From Octopus bimaculoides (lineage: Eukaryota): a DNA stretch of 36,675 nucleotides. Position 1 is the stretch's first letter; every line of letters starts with the position of its first letter. The notes under the pieces are model-generated. The model made no database searches. It saw nothing but the letters and a program-made list of their open reading frames with translations, and was not told the origin of the DNA. Location of the stretch: assembly GCF_001194135.2 (NCBI RefSeq), contig NC_068983.1, positions 127,720,962-127,757,636 on the forward strand. Direction: 5' to 3'. This document shows, one piece after another, positions 35,716 through 36,675 of this stretch. The position numbers and the translations under genes were made by a program.

Positions 35716-35717
<2 letters not shown>
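35570..35717 (-). mobile_element. Old degenerate SINE family B
   Basis: GACAGGCGAAATATCACTAAGCATTTTGTTCAGTGTGCAAACGATTCTGACTGTTCGCCGCCTT aligns with the head of the adjacent copy (35901-35957). Confidence 0.7.
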
Positions 35718-35758
<41 letters not shown>

Positions 35759-35957
35759 GTTCTATTTCAGAGACAAAGCCTTAAAATTGGGGAATAGTCG
35801 ATTACATGGATCCTAGTACTCAACAGATACTTAATTTATCTATACCGAAAGGATGAAAGGCAAATCGACTTCGGCGGAATTTGAACACAGAACGTAGCGG
35901 CAGACGAAATACCGCTAAACATTTCGTCCGGCGTACTAACGATTCTGCCAGTTCGCC
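35718..35957 (-). mobile_element. SINE family B with (AAT)n tail
   Basis: CCGAAAGGATGAAAGGCAAATCGACTTCGGCGGAATTTGAACACAGAACG...CTAACGATTCTGCCAGTTCGCC, with (AAT)n at 35718-35756. Confidence 0.9.
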
Positions 35958-36172
35958 TAATTAATAATAATAATAACTACGCGCCAGAAGATATAAATAG
36001 ACGTTATATTTACCAAAGACACGACAACCGAAAACTTAAATCGTATCAGTGTTTAATTGGTGCTCATATCTATGGCAAGTTTCATTATCATTAGTGATTA
36101 AACATTCGAGGCATTTTGTTTGTTTTACAAATGTATAACCCACTCATTAACATGCCACCATGCAGATATAAT

Positions 36173-36217
<45 letters not shown>

Positions 36218-36620
36218 NNNNNNNNNNNNNNNNNNNNNNNNNNNNNNNNNNNNNNNNNNNNNNNNNNNNNNNNNNNNNNNNNNNNNNNNNNNNNNNNNNN
36301 GAAAGAGTTTAGTTGTAACTCCTAAACTCAGTTGATAACAGATTAAGAACAAGTTCTCAATTACACCATGTATCCATATGTTTTGACTAATTACTTCAGT
36401 CACAAAATGCACAATTCCTCTCAAAGAAAAGTGTTTTTTGTTCGTTTGCTTTTGTTTTGTTATGTCATTTAACAGATTGGTGGCCAAGTTTCGAATTCTT
36501 TTGATCTTACGTTCCTCATTGTATTTCTGTTCGTCGCTCTATGTTTATGTTTCGTAGATACTCACTTGTGTTCTTTTGTGAGTTTTCATTCTTTTTTTCC
36601 CAAACGCACATGCGTAGCGC

Positions 36621-36622
<2 letters not shown>

Positions 36623-36675
<53 letters not shown>
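36623..36675. repeat. (CA)n microsatellite running to the window end
   Basis: Direct reading. Confidence 0.97.

Noticed and set aside
35565-35717. TIR-like string TPRKTIKLAGPYFYISQ...GEISLS in ORF 35565-35816
   Set aside because: The DNA aligns to the reverse strand of SINE family B, whose antisense frame naturally yields PRK...P...S. This is a chance mimic and a warning for motif calls made by eye.

Overview
Eukaryotic, AT-rich, microsatellite-dense scaffold segment with 13 N-gaps. The SINE families and simple-repeat density resemble an octopus/cephalopod genome (inference, not verified). I found no intact host gene, rRNA, true tRNA gene or CRISPR array, and most supplied ORFs are microsatellite or gap artefacts. 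What I can support: (1) a ~640-bp inverted-repeat element (3692-4333) with a 12-bp target-site duplication (TSD) and a one-sided 32-nt tail. Both arms carry a tRNA-like A/B-box segment and one arm carries a degenerate minimal hammerhead ribozyme, which is a Penelope-like (PLE) architecture. (2) About seven to eight decayed Toll-like-receptor-like (LRR-LRRCT-TM-TIR) relics, recognised by eye from collinear motifs across stops and frameshifts, so these need HMM confirmation. (3) A full-length but inactivated DD34D mariner (32808-34091). (4) An internally deleted Helitron (~9545-10424). (5) Three tRNA-derived SINE families in about 15 copies, several with clear TSDs. (6) A foldback MITE, a pogo-like MITE remnant, short perfect palindromes and many microsatellites.
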